A stretch of 64,000 nucleotides of DNA, from the NCBI GenBank assembly GCA_964016885.1, contig OZ024741.1:334304001-334368000 (forward strand), written 5' to 3'. The first letter of the stretch is position 1, and the number at the start of each line of letters is the position of its first letter. The stretch comes from Eledone cirrhosa (lineage: Eukaryota). The notes below the pieces were generated by a model that did not search any database, had not been told where the DNA came from, and saw only the letters and a program-made list of their open reading frames with translations. This document shows positions 1-14,480 of the stretch, piece after piece. The position numbers and the translations under genes are program-made.

Positions 1-3000
1 AGTGTCTTAACACAGCACTGTCCTGAAACACAGCATGTCGTGATACACAGTGTCTTAACACAGCACTGTCCTGAAACACAGCATGTCGTGATACACAGTG
101 TCTTAACACAGCACTGTCCTACCACACAGCATGTCGTGATACACAGTGTCTTAACACAACATTGTCCTACCACACAGCATGTCGTGATACACAGTGTCTT
201 AACACAGCACTGTCCTGATACACAGTATGTCGTGATACACAGTGTCTTAACACAGCACTGTTCTACCACACAGCATGACGTGATACACAGTGGCTTAACA
301 CAGCACTGTCCTACCACACAGCATGTCGTGATACACAGTGTCTTAACACAGCACTGTCCTGAAAGACAGCATGTCGTGATACACAGTGTCTTAACACAGC
401 ACTGTCCTGAAAGACAGCATGTCATGATACACAGTGTCTTAACACAGCACTGTCCTGAAACACAGCATGTCGTGATACACAGTGTCTTAACACAGCACTG
501 TCCTACCACACAGCATGTCGTGATACACAGTGTCTTAACACAACATTGTCCTACCACACAGCATGTCGTGATACACAGTGTCTTAACACAGCACTGTCCT
601 GATACACAGTATGTCGTGATACACAGTGTCTTAACACAGCACTGTTCTACCACACAGCATGACGTGATACACAGTGTCTTAACACAGCACTGTCCTACCA
701 CACAGCATGTCGTGATACACAGTGTCTTAACACAGCACTGTCCTGAAACACAGCATGTCGTGATACACAGTGTCTTAACACAGCACTGTCCTGAAAGACA
801 GCATGTCATGATACACAGTGTCTTAACACAGCACTGTCCTGAAACACAGCATGTCGTGATACACAGTGTCTTAACACAGCACTGTCCTACCACACAGCAT
901 ATCGTGATACACAGTGTCTTAACACAGCACTGTCCTGAAACACAGCATGTCGTGATACACAGTGTCTTAACACAGCACTGTCCTGAAAGACAGCATGTCG
1001 TGATACACAGTGTCTTAACACAGCACTGTCCTGAAACACAGCATGTCATGATACACAGTGTCTTAACACAGCACTGTCCTACCACACAGCATGTCGTGAT
1101 ACACAGTGTCTTAACACAGCACTGTCCTGAAACACAGCATGTCGTGATACACAGTGTCTTAACACAGCACTGTCCTGAAACACAGCATGTCATGATACAC
1201 AGTGTCTTAACACAGCACTGTCCTACCACACAGCATGTCGTGATACACAGTGTCTTAACACAGCACTGTCCTGAAACACAGCATGTCGTGATTCACAGTG
1301 TCTTAACACAACCCTGTCCTGAAACACAGCATGTCGTGATACACAGTGTCTTAACACAGCACTGTCCTACCACACAGCATGTCGTGATACACAGTGTCTT
1401 AACACAGCACTGTCCTGAAACACAGAATGTCATGATACACAGTGTCTTAACACAGCACTGTCCTGAAACACAGCATGTTGTGATACACAGTGTCTTAACA
1501 CAGCACTGTCCTGAAACACAGCATGTTGTGATACACAGTGTCTTAACACAGCACTGTCCTGAAACACAGCATGTCATGATACACAGTGTCTTAACACAGC
1601 ACTGTCCTGAAACACAGCATGTCGTGATACACAGTGTCTTAACACAGCACTGTCCTGAAACACAGCATGTCGTGATACACAGTGTCTTAACACAGCACTG
1701 TCCTACCACACAGCATGTCGTGATACACAGTGTCTTAACACAACATTGTCCTACCACACAGCATGTCGTGATACACAGTGTCTTAACACAGCACTGTCCT
1801 GATACACAGTATGTCGTGATACACAGTGTCTTAACACAGCACTGTTCTACCACACAGCATGACGTGATACACAGTGTCTTAACACAGCACTGTCCTACCA
1901 CACAGCATGTCGTGATACACAGTGTCTTAACACAGCACTGTCCTGAAAGACAGCATGTCGTGATACACAGTGTCTTAACACAGCACTGTCCTGAAAGACA
2001 GCATGTCATGATACACAGTGTCTTAACACAGCACTGTCCTGAAACACAGCATGTCGTGATACACAGTGTCTTAACACAGCACTGTCCTACCACACAGCAT
2101 GTCGTGATACACAGTGTCTTAACACAGCACTGTCCTGATACACAGTATGTCGTGATACACAGTGTCTTAACACAGCACTGTTCTACCACACAGCATGACG
2201 TGATACACAGTGTCCTAACACAGCACTGTCCTACCACACAGCATGTCGTGATACACAGTGTCTTAACACAGCACTGTCCTGAAAGACAGCATGTCGTGAT
2301 ACACAGTGTCTTAACACAGCACTGTCCTGAAAGACAGCATGTCATGATACACAGTGTCTTAACACAGCACTGTCCTGAAACACAGCATGTCGTGATACAC
2401 AGTGTCTTAACACAGCACTGTCCTACCACACAGCATGTCGTGATACACAGTGTCTTAACACAGCACTGTCCTGAAACACAGCATGTCGTGATTCACAGTG
2501 TCTTAACACAACCCTGTCCTGAAACACAGCATGTCGTGATACACAGTGTCTTAACACAGCACTGTCCTACCACACAGCATGTCGTGATACACAGTGTCTT
2601 AACACAGCACTGTCCTGAAACACAGCATGTCGTGATACACAGTGTCTTAACACAGCACTGTCCTGAAACACAGAATGTCATGATACACAGTGTCTTAACA
2701 CAGCACTGTCCTGAAACACAGCATGTTGTGATACACAGTGTCTTAACACAGCACTGTCCTGAAACACAGCATGTCGTGATACACAGTGTCTTAACACAGC
2801 ACTGTCCTACCACACAGCATGTCGTGATACACAGTGTCTTAACACAGCACTGTCCTACCACACAGCATGTCGTGATACACAGTGTCTTAACACAGCACTG
2901 TCCTACCACACAGCATGTCGTGATACACAGTGTCTTAACACAGCACTGTCCTGAAACACAGCATGTCGTGATACACAGTGTCTTAACACAGCACTGTCCT

Positions 3001-6000
3001 GAAACACAGCATGTCATGATACACAGTGTCTTAACACAGCACTGTCCTACCACACAGCATGTCGTGATACACAGTGTCTTAACACAGCACTGTCCTGAAA
3101 CACAGCATGTCGTGATTCACAGTGTCTTAACACAACCCTGTCCTGAAACACAGCATGTCGTGATACACAGTGTCTTAACACAGCACTGTCCTACCACACA
3201 GCATGTCGTGATACACAGTGTCTTAACACAGCACTGTCCTGAAACACAGAATGTCATGATACACAGTGTCTTAACACAGCACTGTCCTGAAACACAGCAT
3301 GTTGTGATACACAGTGTCTTAACACAGCACTGTCCTGAAACACAGCATGTTGTGATACACAGTGTCTTAACACAGCACTGTCCTGAAACACAGCATGTCA
3401 TGATACACAGTGTCTTAACACAGCACTGTCCTGAAACACAGCATGTCGTGATACACAGTGTCTTAACACAGCACTGTCCTGAAACACAGCATGTCGTGAT
3501 ACACAGTGTCTTAACACAGCACTGTCCTACCACACAGCATGTCGTGATACACAGTGTCTTAACACAACATTGTCCTACCACACAGCATGTCGTGATACAC
3601 AGTGTCTTAACACAGCACTGTCCTGATACACAGTATGTCGTGATACACAGTGTCTTAACACAGCACTGTTCTACCACACAGCATGACGTGATACACAGTG
3701 TCTTAACACAGCACTGTCCTACCACACAGCATGTCGTGATACACAGTGTCTTAACACAGCACTGTCCTGAAAGACAGCATGTCGTGATACACAGTGTCTT
3801 AACACAGCACTGTCCTGAAAGACAGCATGTCATGATACACAGTGTCTTAACACAGCACTGTCCTGAAACACAGCATGTCGTGATACACAGTGTCTTAACA
3901 CAGCACTGTCCTACCACACAGCATGTCGTGATACACAGTGTCTTAACACAACATTGTCCTACCACACAGCATGTCGTGATACACAGTGTCTTAACACAGC
4001 ACTGTCCTGATACACAGTATGTCGTGATACACAGTGTCTTAACACAGCACTGTTCTACCACACAGCATGACGTGATACACAGTGTCTTAACACAGCACTG
4101 TCCTACCACACAGCATGTCGTGATACACAGTGTCTTAACACAGCACTGTCCTGAAACACAGCATGTCGTGATACACAGTGTCTTAACACAGCACTGTCCT
4201 GAAAGACAGCATGTCATGATACACAGTGTCTTAACACAGCACTGTCCTGAAACACAGCATGTCGTGATACACAGTGTCTTAACACAGCACTGTCCTACCA
4301 CACAGCATATCGTGATACACAGTGTCTTAACACAGCACTGTCCTGAAACACAGCATGTCGTGATACACAGTGTCTTAACACAGCACTGTCCTGAAAGACA
4401 GCATGTCGTGATACACAGTGTCTTAACACAGCACTGTCCTGAAACACAGCATGTCATGATACACAGTGTCTTAACACAGCACTGTCCTACCACACAGCAT
4501 GTCGTGATACACAGTGTCTTAACACAGCACTGTCCTGAAACACAGCATGTCGTGATACACAGTGTCTTAACACAGCACTGTCCTGAAACACAGCATGTCA
4601 TGATACACAGTGTCTTAACACAGCACTGTCCTACCACACAGCATGTCGTGATACACAGTGTCTTAACACAGCACTGTCCTGAAACACAGCATGTCGTGAT
4701 TCACAGTGTCTTAACACAACCCTGTCCTGAAACACAGCATGTCGTGATACACAGTGTCTTAACACAGCACTGTCCTACCACACAGCATGTCGTGATACAC
4801 AGTGTCTTAACACAGCACTGTCCTGAAACACAGAATGTCATGATACACAGTGTCTTAACACAGCACTGTCCTGAAACACAGCATGTTGTGATACACAGTG
4901 TCTTAACACAGCACTGTCCTGAAACACAGCATGTTGTGATACACAGTGTCTTAACACAGCACTGTCCTGAAACACAGCATGTCATGATACACAGTGTCTT
5001 AACACAGCACTGTCCTGAAACACAGCATGTCGTGATACACAGTGTCTTAACACAGCACTGTCCTGAAACACAGCATGTCGTGATACACAGTGTCTTAACA
5101 CAGCACTGTCCTACCACACAGCATGTCGTGATACACAGTGTCTTAACACAACATTGTCCTACCACACAGCATGTCGTGATACACAGTGTCTTAACACAGC
5201 ACTGTCCTGATACACAGTATGTCGTGATACACAGTGTCTTAACACAGCACTGTTCTACCACACAGCATGACGTGATACACAGTGTCTTAACACAGCACTG
5301 TCCTACCACACAGCATGTCGTGATACACAGTGTCTTAACACAGCACTGTCCTGAAAGACAGCATGTCGTGATACACAGTGTCTTAACACAGCACTGTCCT
5401 GAAAGACAGCATGTCATGATACACAGTGTCTTAACACAGCACTGTCCTGAAACACAGCATGTCGTGATACACAGTGTCTTAACACAGCACTGTCCTACCA
5501 CACAGCATGTCGTGATACACAGTGTCTTAACACAACATTGTCCTACCACACAGCATGTCGTGATACACAGTGTCTTAACACAGCACTGTCCTGATACACA
5601 GTATGTCGTGATACACAGTGTCTTAACACAGCACTGTTCTACCACACAGCATGACGTGATACACAGTGTCTTAACACAGCACTGTCCTACCACACAGCAT
5701 GTCGTGATACACAGTGTCTTAACACAGCACTGTCTTGAAAGACAGCATGTCGTGATACACAGTGTCTTAACACAGCACTGTCCTGAAAGACAGCATGTCA
5801 TGATACACAGTGTCTTAACACAGCACTGTCCTGAAACACAGCATGTCGTGATACACAGTGTCTTAACACAGCACTGTCCTACCACACAGCATGTCGTGAT
5901 ACACAGTGTCTTAACACAGCACTGTCCTGAAACACAGCATGTCGTGATACACAGTGTCTTAACACAGCACTGTCCTGAAAGACAGCATGTCGTGATACAC

Positions 6001-7122
6001 AGTGTCTTAACACAGCACTGTCCTGAAACACAGCATGTCATGATACACAGTGTCTTAACACAGCACTGTCCTACCACACAGCATGTCGTGATACACAGTG
6101 TCTTAACACAGCACTGTCCTGAAACACAGCATGTCGTGATACACAGTGTCTTAACACAGCACTGTCTTGAAACACAGAATGTCATGATACACAGTGTCTT
6201 AACACAGCACTGTCCTGAAACACAGCATGTCGTGATACACAGTGTCTTAACACAGCACTGTCCTGAAACACAGCATGTCGTGATACACAGTGTCTTAACA
6301 CAGCACTGTCCTACCACACAGCATGTCGTGATACACAGTGTCTTAACACAGCACTGTCCTACCACACAGCATGTCGTGATACACAGTGTCTTAACACAGC
6401 ACTGTCCTGAAAGACAGCATGTCGTGATACACAGTGTCTTAACACAGCACTGTCCTGAAACACAGCATGTCATGATACACAGTGTCTTAACACAGCACTG
6501 TCCTACCACACAGCATGTCGTGATACACAGTGTCTTAACACAGCACTGTCCTGAAACACAGCATGTCGTGATACACAGTGTCTTAACACAACCCTGTCCT
6601 GAAACACAGCATGTCGTGATACACAGTGTCTTAACACAGCACTGTCCTACCACACAGCATGTCGTGATACACAGTGTCTTAACACAGCACTGTCCTGAAA
6701 CACAGAATGTCATGATACACAGTGTCTTAACACAGCACTGTCCTGAAACACAGCATGTTGTGATACACAGTGTCTTAACACAGCACTGTCCTGAAACACA
6801 GCATGTCATGATACACAGTGTCTTAACACAGCACTGTCCTGAAACACAGCATGTCGTGATACACAGTGTCTTAACACAGCACTGTCCTGAAACACAGCAT
6901 GTCGTGATACACAGTGTCTTAACACAGCACTGTCCTACCACACAGCATGTCGTGATACACAGTGTCTTAACACAGCACTGTCCTACCACACAGCATGTCG
7001 TGATACACAGTGTCTTAACACAGCACTGTCCTACCACACAGCATGTCGTGATACACAGTATCTTAACACAGCACTGTCCTGAAACACAGCATGTCATGAT
7101 ACACAGTGTCTTAACACAGCAT
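1..7122. repeat. 48-bp tandem satellite (about 148 units, runs off the left edge) with higher-order structure
   Basis: Unit AGTGTCTTAACACAGCACTGTCCTGAAACACAGCATGTCGTGATACAC repeats with no indels. Diagnostic variants recur at 384, 1584 and 3408 bp spacings. Confidence 0.98.
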
Positions 7123-7210
7123 ATCTTAGGCATTAATACGTAAAAACTGCCATTAAAAACTAAGAGTTTAAGTTTGTTTCAATAAAACAGGTCTCTTTAA
7201 TGAATAAGGG

Positions 7211-7400
7211 TTTCTGATTTAGGCACAAGGCCAACGATTTGGGTAGAGGTGAAAGTCTATTAAATCGACACCAGTCTATTACTGGTACTTATTTTATTGT
7301 CCCTGTGAGGATGAAAAGCAAAGCTAACCTCAGTGGGATTTGAAATCAGAATGTAAGAAGACAAAGCATGTTATCCGATGCTCTACCGACACTGCCAGTT
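7211..7400 (-). mobile_element. tRNA-derived SINE family A, diverged copy
   Basis: Reverse complement of the copies at 19304 and 45498 (…TTAGGCACAAGGCC…CTGGTACTT…GGATGAAAAGCAAAG…GGGATTTGAAATCAG…CTCTACCGACACTGCCA). Confidence 0.8.
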
Positions 7401-7990
7401 CTCTTTAATGAATAATGACAGAGGTTTTGACCTTTCAGTTTGTATTTCCAAAATACAAAATTTCCAATTATATAGATGTAAAAGAAAAATTGAACAATTT
7501 TCTATAAAGTGCGTTTTCAGATTCTTAGACACAATTTGAGAAAACAGAAATTGTTAATTATTGTCTATATTTAGAATTGAACTTTTTACCACAAATTTAA
7601 GTGTTTGGCACTTCCTATGGAGATACATATTGGCAAAAACATTCAGTTTGTATGAAGGAAATATGAACTGGTAGAGAAAGACTATTGGAATCAATAGAGA
7701 TAAAAGCCAAAATGTAATTATTGAAGTGAAACTGTAGAATGTAAGGAAACTAATGTTGGTCTCCATTGACAAATTGTAAGTAGATAAAATGTGCAAAGTG
7801 GAATAAATTAGTTGGCTGTTAAGAAGAAAAGAAGGTTAATGGTTTGAGAAGGAAACACACTTTGTTGGAAAAAAAGATGAAACATTTACTGACTATCTAT
7901 GACTTGAAGGCTCAGAAAATAGGTTAAATCTCAGTTAGTGTTGATATATATTTAACCCCATCAGAAAATAGGGTAAATGTCTATTACTGT

Positions 7991-8036
<46 letters not shown>

Positions 8037-8139
8037 TCAAGCCCATCTTATGGAAGGGCATTACTAGAGTTGACCTTTAAGATCAATTTATCAAAGAACT
8101 TCAGTAAGAGAGAAGATAATTGCTATCTACAATTTAATA

Positions 8140-8497
8140 ATTAAAAATACAAAACTACTTAACAATTAAAAATACAACACTATTTACCAGTTAAAAATAC
8201 AATATTATTTAACATTTAAAAATACAACACTATTTAACATTTAAAAATACAACACTATATGACATTTAAAAATACAACACTATTTAACATTTAAAAATAC
8301 AACACTATATGACATTTAAAAATACAATACTATTTAACATTTAAAAATACAACACTATTTACCCGTTAAAAATACAGCACTATTTAACATTTACAAATAC
8401 AACACTATTTACCCATTAAAAATACAACACTATTTAACAGTTAAAAATACAACACTATTTAACATTGAAAAAACACAACACTATTTAACAATTAAAG
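8140..8497. repeat. 25-bp AT-rich minisatellite
   Basis: About 14 copies of TAAAAATACAACACTATTTAACATT. Confidence 0.92.
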
Positions 8498-8545
8498 ATA
8501 GCACACATCTAAATATAGAACTAGGGCCGGCATTATCATTTAGAC

Positions 8546-8722
8546 CAGGCATGTCAAACTGAGGCTCCCCCAAGGGTACATATGCCACACATGACAACTA
8601 ATTGTGCACATTACAACTAGTTTTTAAATGTTATATTACGAAGATAAAACATGTTCGTGCTGTAAAAACTTTTGTGCAGGCTGGAGGTGAGCTTGTAAAG
8701 AGCCACATGTTTGAGATGCCTG
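8546..8722. mobile_element. Non-autonomous hAT-type MITE (177 bp)
   Basis: Terminal inverted repeats CAGGCATGTCAAAC…GTTTGAGATGCCTG. Exact 8-bp target-site duplication ATTTAGAC at 8538-8545 and 8723-8730, the hAT TSD length. Confidence 0.88.
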
Positions 8723-9120
8723 ATTTAGACTATGCAGCCACCTATGGCACAGACCTCCTCAGAGAGCTGCATTACTGAAACTTAAATGTGCACAGCTTTA
8801 TACATATTTGTGTAATTAAATATATGATTTCTTGTATTTAACTGTTAAACAGAGCCATAATTTCAGGTGTTAAATTTTACCTAGCATTTAACAGTTAAAT
8901 GATATTTCATGCCAAAACAACGCTACTGGGTGACTGGCTTAGAGAGGGAGAGAGGTATGCACACATTCACATTCGTGTATACATTGGTGTGTGTGTGTAT
9001 GTGAGTATGTATGTTTATATATATAAGACTGTTCCTATTATATTAAGTATATTACTGATACATATCTACATTCAACCTCATCTTGTGATGTGTTTTTTTC
9101 CATATACTTTTTACACACAC

Positions 9121-9205
<85 letters not shown>

Positions 9206-9253
9206 TATATATATATATACACATATATATAAATGTATATATATATATATATA

Positions 9254-9765
9254 TAAAATAAAGTTAAATAAAAGTCAAATGATTAAAATTTAGCTTCGTT
9301 TATTACTGCTATATATATTTCAGTGACAGCCATCTTTGGCTGTGACCTCTTCAGGCAGTTTGAATTAGTATGGTATAGACAAGTACATATGTTGTTTAGG
9401 TGTATAATATTGTCAATACTCTGATATGCTCAGTTCCTTGTTGGGTTGTTATTTCACTGAGGAACTGGTTTCCTCAGTGAAATAACAACCCAACAAGGAA
9501 CTGAGCATATCAGAGTATTGACAATATTATACACCTAAACAACATATGTACTTGTCTATACCATACTAATTCAAACTGCCTGAAGAGGTCACAGCCAAAG
9601 ATGGCTGTCACTGAAATAAACGAAGCTAAATTTTAATCATTTGACTTTTATTTAACTTTATTTTACACTACTCTGGAGTAACCAAACCAACCTGCGCACT
9701 TCGTCGAGTGCTCCAGCCTGCATACTGAGGTGTTGGTATACAACCAACATAAACTCAAAATCTCT
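9254..9765. mobile_element. Fold-back Penelope-like pLTR remnant: about 200-bp inverted arms plus 100-bp unpaired tail, in (TA)n
   Basis: Near-perfect palindrome 9254-9665 with loop CTGGT at 9465-9469. The right arm lacks 15 nt. It contains a hammerhead core and is flanked by TA repeats. Confidence 0.8.
9305..9359 (-). ncRNA. Minimal type I hammerhead ribozyme motif (PLE-associated)
   Basis: Minus strand reads ACTGC-CTGAAGA-GGTCACAGCCA(AAGA)TGGCTGTCACT-GAAA-TATATA-TA^GCAGT. Stem I is ACTGC/GCAGT, stem II is 11 bp with one mismatch, and stem III is short and palindromic. Confidence 0.8.
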
Positions 9766-10236
9766 ATATATATATATACATTTATATATATGTGTGTGTG
9801 TATGTTCATATGTATATTAGCATAGTTTTTACATCTGATTTTACATACATAGGTTAGACACTACACACACCCCTAAAGATCTTCGCAAGTGAAGAATTCA
9901 CCAGTCATTCACACACACGAATATATATCCAAATGTGTGAAGATAGTGAAAAGCAAATGACACCATACACAATCTATTTCCAAGCTAAAACCCAAATCTC
10001 ATCGAAATAGTTTTCCATTACTCTTTCAATTGTTAATATTCACAAGAAACATCTAGAATTATATATACATATATGTTTGTGTGTGTGTGGGAGGGGAGGG
10101 GCGTATGTATATATATGTATGTATAGATATAGATATATAAAACTCTGCTGATATCATGTAAATCTATAGATTCATAGTGTAATAAGAAACTGAGTGTGTG
10201 AGTATACATACATACATATATATATATATGTATGTA

Positions 10237-10359
<123 letters not shown>

Positions 10360-10680
10360 ATATATATATACATGTGTGAGTGTGTTTGTATATGTGTATA
10401 TATGTATACATATATATATGTGTGATTGTGTGTTGTGTGGGTATGTATATATATATGTATGTATATAGATATAAATGTAGATATATAAAACTCTGCTGAT
10501 ATCATGTAAATCTATAGATTCCTAGATTACTAGTATATTAGGGAAATTTCAAAATACAATATAACACCTTGGCTAAAGAATATTTCACAACTAGGCTTTG
10601 TTGTCTTGTTTTGTTTTTCTTTACTTGATAAAAAAACTTGGTCTCTTTTCAAGATAATCATCTCCCTCCCTATATATATA

Positions 10681-10865
10681 TAAAGGAGTGAAGAATAACA
10701 CAATCAGCTATACAGTAGGCTTTATTCCAAGTATACTTGGAATAAGCCCTGCTGTATAGCTGATCTGTGTTATTCTTCACTCCTTTATTATTAATACTCC
10801 AGGAACTGCTTAACTAAGAACTGTCTGGACTTGGCCACCCGAGCACCACAACTAAGTAAACATCT
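10681..10865. mobile_element. Short fold-back element with tail, next to (TA)n (probable truncated PLE end)
   Basis: Palindrome 10681-10787 centred on CCAAGTATACTTGG, followed by an unpaired tail. The architecture matches the 9254 element. Confidence 0.6.
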
Positions 10866-11039
10866 TGTAGAGTCAAACAATGCTGAAAGTTAGAATCATC
10901 CATGGTACAGAGTACTCATAACCTCTACTTGGATAACCTTAAACGATACTCCGTTTACTTAAATATAAATACAGAGAGAGAGAGAGAGAGAGAGAAATGT
11001 GGGTAGACACAAAAATTAATTATATGTAGGAGTATGTAT

Positions 11040-11192
11040 ATTGGAGGTATTGGTAAAGGGTCAGACGCCATGCTTTGACGTATAGAGTTACGGCCCTTGC
11101 CATTCTGAGTTCAAATCCCGCCAGGGGTCGATAACATAAAGTACCAGTAATGCACTGGGTAATTGCTGGCCTTGTGCCTAACGTAGAAACAA
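11040..11192 (+). mobile_element. SINE family A, internally deleted copy
   Basis: B-box GAGTTCAAATCCC and 3' end GTACCAGTAATGCACTGGGTAATTGCTGGCCTTGTGCC. Confidence 0.8.
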
Positions 11193-11325
11193 TATTTATA
11201 TATCTACGGACATATATTGATATATAGCAAGATTCTGATAAGTATGCACATAGTTATTTCATCTGCATGTGTGTATATATATATATATATATACATGTGT
11301 GTGTGTGTGTGTGTGTTTGCATGTG

Positions 11326-11847
11326 TTCAGAGACGTGCAACCAAGCGCATACCCTCCATCAGACACCTACCATACTCTGAATGCCTTGCTTCCCTGGGCA
11401 TGGATTCATTGAAGCGCCGACGTCTGGCAATGGACTTGGTAAACACCCACAAAGTTATTAACCATCTCGCCAACAACAACCCTAAGCACCTTTTAGATCT
11501 CCATATGTCTAACACACGTGGACATGCCTACAAAATCAGAAAACAGCACAGCTCCCATGACTTTCGGAAACATTTTTTCACGCTCAGAGTTGCTGAAGCA
11601 TGGAACAAACTGCCTGCGTCAGTTGTTAGCTGCCGAGACACTGCATCCTTTAAAGCCCTCAGGCTTCCCGAAATTCGCAAAAACTACACCTGATATACCC
11701 CTTCCATACACATGCACACGTGTATATCATGACTCATGCACTGTTCATTTTCCTGATGTTTGTACATTACCCTATGCACTATATATACACTTTTTGATGA
11801 GTTGTAGTGCACCTGAGCACTGTACACAATATTTCATTATTATTATA
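11326..11847 (+). mobile_element. 5'-truncated CR1/L2-group LINE 3' fragment
   Basis: Translation VQRRATK…YSECLASLGMDSLKRRRLAMDL…TRGHAYK…FFTLRVAEAWNKLP is the typical CR1/L2-group ORF2 C-terminus. It ends in (ATT)n. Confidence 0.85.
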
Positions 11848-12044
11848 TGTATCTCTCTCTATATCTATATATGGCCATTGACTCTCCTGAGTGCCTCCAC
11901 CCTTTGATGGATTTTGTGTTTCATCATACAGGGTGTTCAAAATCACCCTCATGACTAAGCAAGCAAGCTTGGTGGGGTTGCCAGTTTAGTCACCAATGAC
12001 TCGATCATGGACAGATTGCACTGGCTTACATAGATGTAGCTTGT

Positions 12045-14480
12045 TTAAAATATGATGCCATTAAGGAAGAGCTGGTGAAGAGAATGGACAACATTTAATT
12101 TGATGAATCATGGGAAGATTTCAAAACATCTGTGTATGAAATTTTCAGGAATATTCTGGGTTTAGTCGAAAGAAAACCTCAAGACTGGTTTGACGAGAAT
12201 AATAAAGAGGTTCAGAGGCCTTTAAATGAAAGTAACAAAGTGATAATGAAAGTGCTAGCTTTTAGACCAGAAATGAGTAAGAAAGAAGACTTTCTCAAGG
12301 TGGTGAATTGTAAAGTACAGTGTAGTCTTTGTAGTATGCAAGATATGTGGTTGAGGAATAAAGCAGAGGAGATTCAGAGGGCCTCTAACTCAACAATGCA
12401 AGTTGCTGTATAATTTGTTATGGAAAGTGTATAGGCCGTTATCCTCTCCAGTTGCACCTCTTCACACTTAGGACAGCAAAGAATTGCTTAAGGATCAAAA
12501 AGACATTCTTGTCAGGTGCCGCGAACACTTTCATAGATTTTTGAATAGACACTGTGAGGTTGATGACGAGTTTATCAACACCATTCCCGGCACAAACTCC
12601 TTCCCTAGAGGAAGTCCAAACTGCTGTGAAAAGGCTGAATAGTGGTAAGTCACCTGGGATGGATGGTCTCTGTGCTGAAATCTTCAAATATGGAAGTGAA
12701 AATCTACTTCATCATCTAACTACCTTAATCCACATGACTGGAAAGATGCACTAATGGTGGTTTTCTATAAAGGCAAAGGTGGAAAGGACGACTAGCAATT
12801 ACCGTGGGATATCTATTCCATCTGTTGTAGGTAAGGTCTTAAGCAGGATCATATTGGACATGCTTCTTGACAACATCGCTGATGAAATCCTTCCTGAATC
12901 TCAGTGTGGCTTCAGAAATGATAGGAGGACAATGGAGATGATATTTACTGTGAGATAGCTGCAGGAGAAATGCATTGAGTAGAGCTGGACCTGTATCAGG
13001 TGTTTATCGAGCTGACAAAGGGTTTTGATAGAGTCAATAGAAATGTCCTGTGGAAGATTTTCAGGAAGCTCGGGTGTCCTGTTGAATTTGTCTCTGTGTT
13101 GAGAGGTTTCCATAATGGAATGAAGGCAAATGTTAATGTGGGTGGTAGGCTCTCTGATCCCATTGTGGTTGAAAATGGTGTTAAGCAAGGAGATATTCTG
13201 GCACCAACTCTGTTTCCATTGAACTTTGTTATGGTTTTCTTGGTGGCTTTGAGGGTTGCTCACATTAGGTCTACACTAGATATCAAACAACTGGTAAAAT
13301 GTTCAATGTAAGAAGGTTTACTGCCAGAATGAAGATATTTACATTGCTGATACACAAATCCCTGTTTGCTGACGACTGTGATCTTGTCGCCCATTCTAAG
13401 AGTGACATGCAAAATCTTATGGATTCCTTTTCGAAAGCATGCAGTGCATTAAGCCTAACAATCAGTCTGAAAAAGACTTTGGTGTTGTACTAAGCTGCAC
13501 CAGGCAAAGCTTACTCTACACCAAACAGATATATCTATGGCCAGAAATTGAAAGTCCTGGATAAGTTTGTATACCTAGGCAGCACTGTAAATATGACCAA
13601 TACTCTGGATGAAGAAATCTCCCTCTGAATCAAGAAGGCAAGAGATGTATTTGGAAAACTGGATGGACATCTAGGGTCTCAGTTGTATGCATCTGAGACT
13701 TGAGTCACTTACTGAAAGCATCTCAAAAGGTTGGAGCACTTTCACAAATAGTGCCTTCAATGTATGCAGGGCATCTACTGAAAATGTACATGAGTGATAC
13801 TGAAGTCTTCGAACGCAGTCAGTGTACCAGTATAGAGTCTCCTCATATTTCAACGTCGATTAAGATGAAGTGATCATGTAGTGAAAATGGATGTTGATGG
13901 CATCCCTAGACAGTTCCTATATGGTGAGCTTGTCAAAGGTGCACAAACCCAAATTGAGGTACAGGGATTACATTAAAAGCACACTGAGGAAGATGAAAAA
14001 TATCATAATGACTGAGAGAACCTCGCTCTAGATCAACTTTCCTGGAGAAAGGCAGTGCATGATGGGAGGGGAGAATTTGAAGAAACTGTGTTGAGCATGA
14101 ACAACTCAAGCGGTGTGCTCATAAGGGCCTCGAGGTTGGTTTGTCTAAGCATCTTGACATGCAGGTTGATTTAACATGTAAAGACTGTGGCCAGTTATAT
14201 CTAAGTAGGGTGGGTCTTGGAAGTCATCGGAGAAGCCACGTACACGGGAACACTGTTCAATGTGCATTGTATGGCATTTCTGTTTTTTGGGAAGTGTGGA
14301 AAAGATTGTGCCTCAGTTGGTGGACTGAAACGTCATTTGAAAATGCACAAAAACAGGATAATAACACCTACTGTAAGGCCCCCATTGTTGCAGCGTCTAT
14401 ACAAGAGAGTACAAGTCCCTAGCAGGACTAAAGAGCCACGTCAAGTGATAGCATTACTAAAAATCGAGTTGCAGCCATTT
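12045..14480 (+). pseudogene. Degenerate RTE-clade LINE, old relative of the 26418 element
   Basis: Fragments QDWFDEN, KSPGMDG, GVKQGDILAPTLF and FADDCDL, plus C-terminal C2H2-like motifs. Many stops and frameshifts. Confidence 0.9.

Noticed and set aside
1-7122. CRISPR-like array or RSS array (CACAGTG in every unit)
   Set aside because: There are no unique spacers and no cas genes, and the context is eukaryotic. No RSS nonamer follows the heptamer.
40-7143. 2367-aa His/Cys repeat ORF and the antisense Cys-rich ORFs as real proteins
   Set aside because: The 48-bp unit is a multiple of three and stop-free in those frames, so long ORFs are automatic. By eye, variants are about 5-6 synonymous against about 13 non-synonymous, as expected without selection. 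No unique domain is present.
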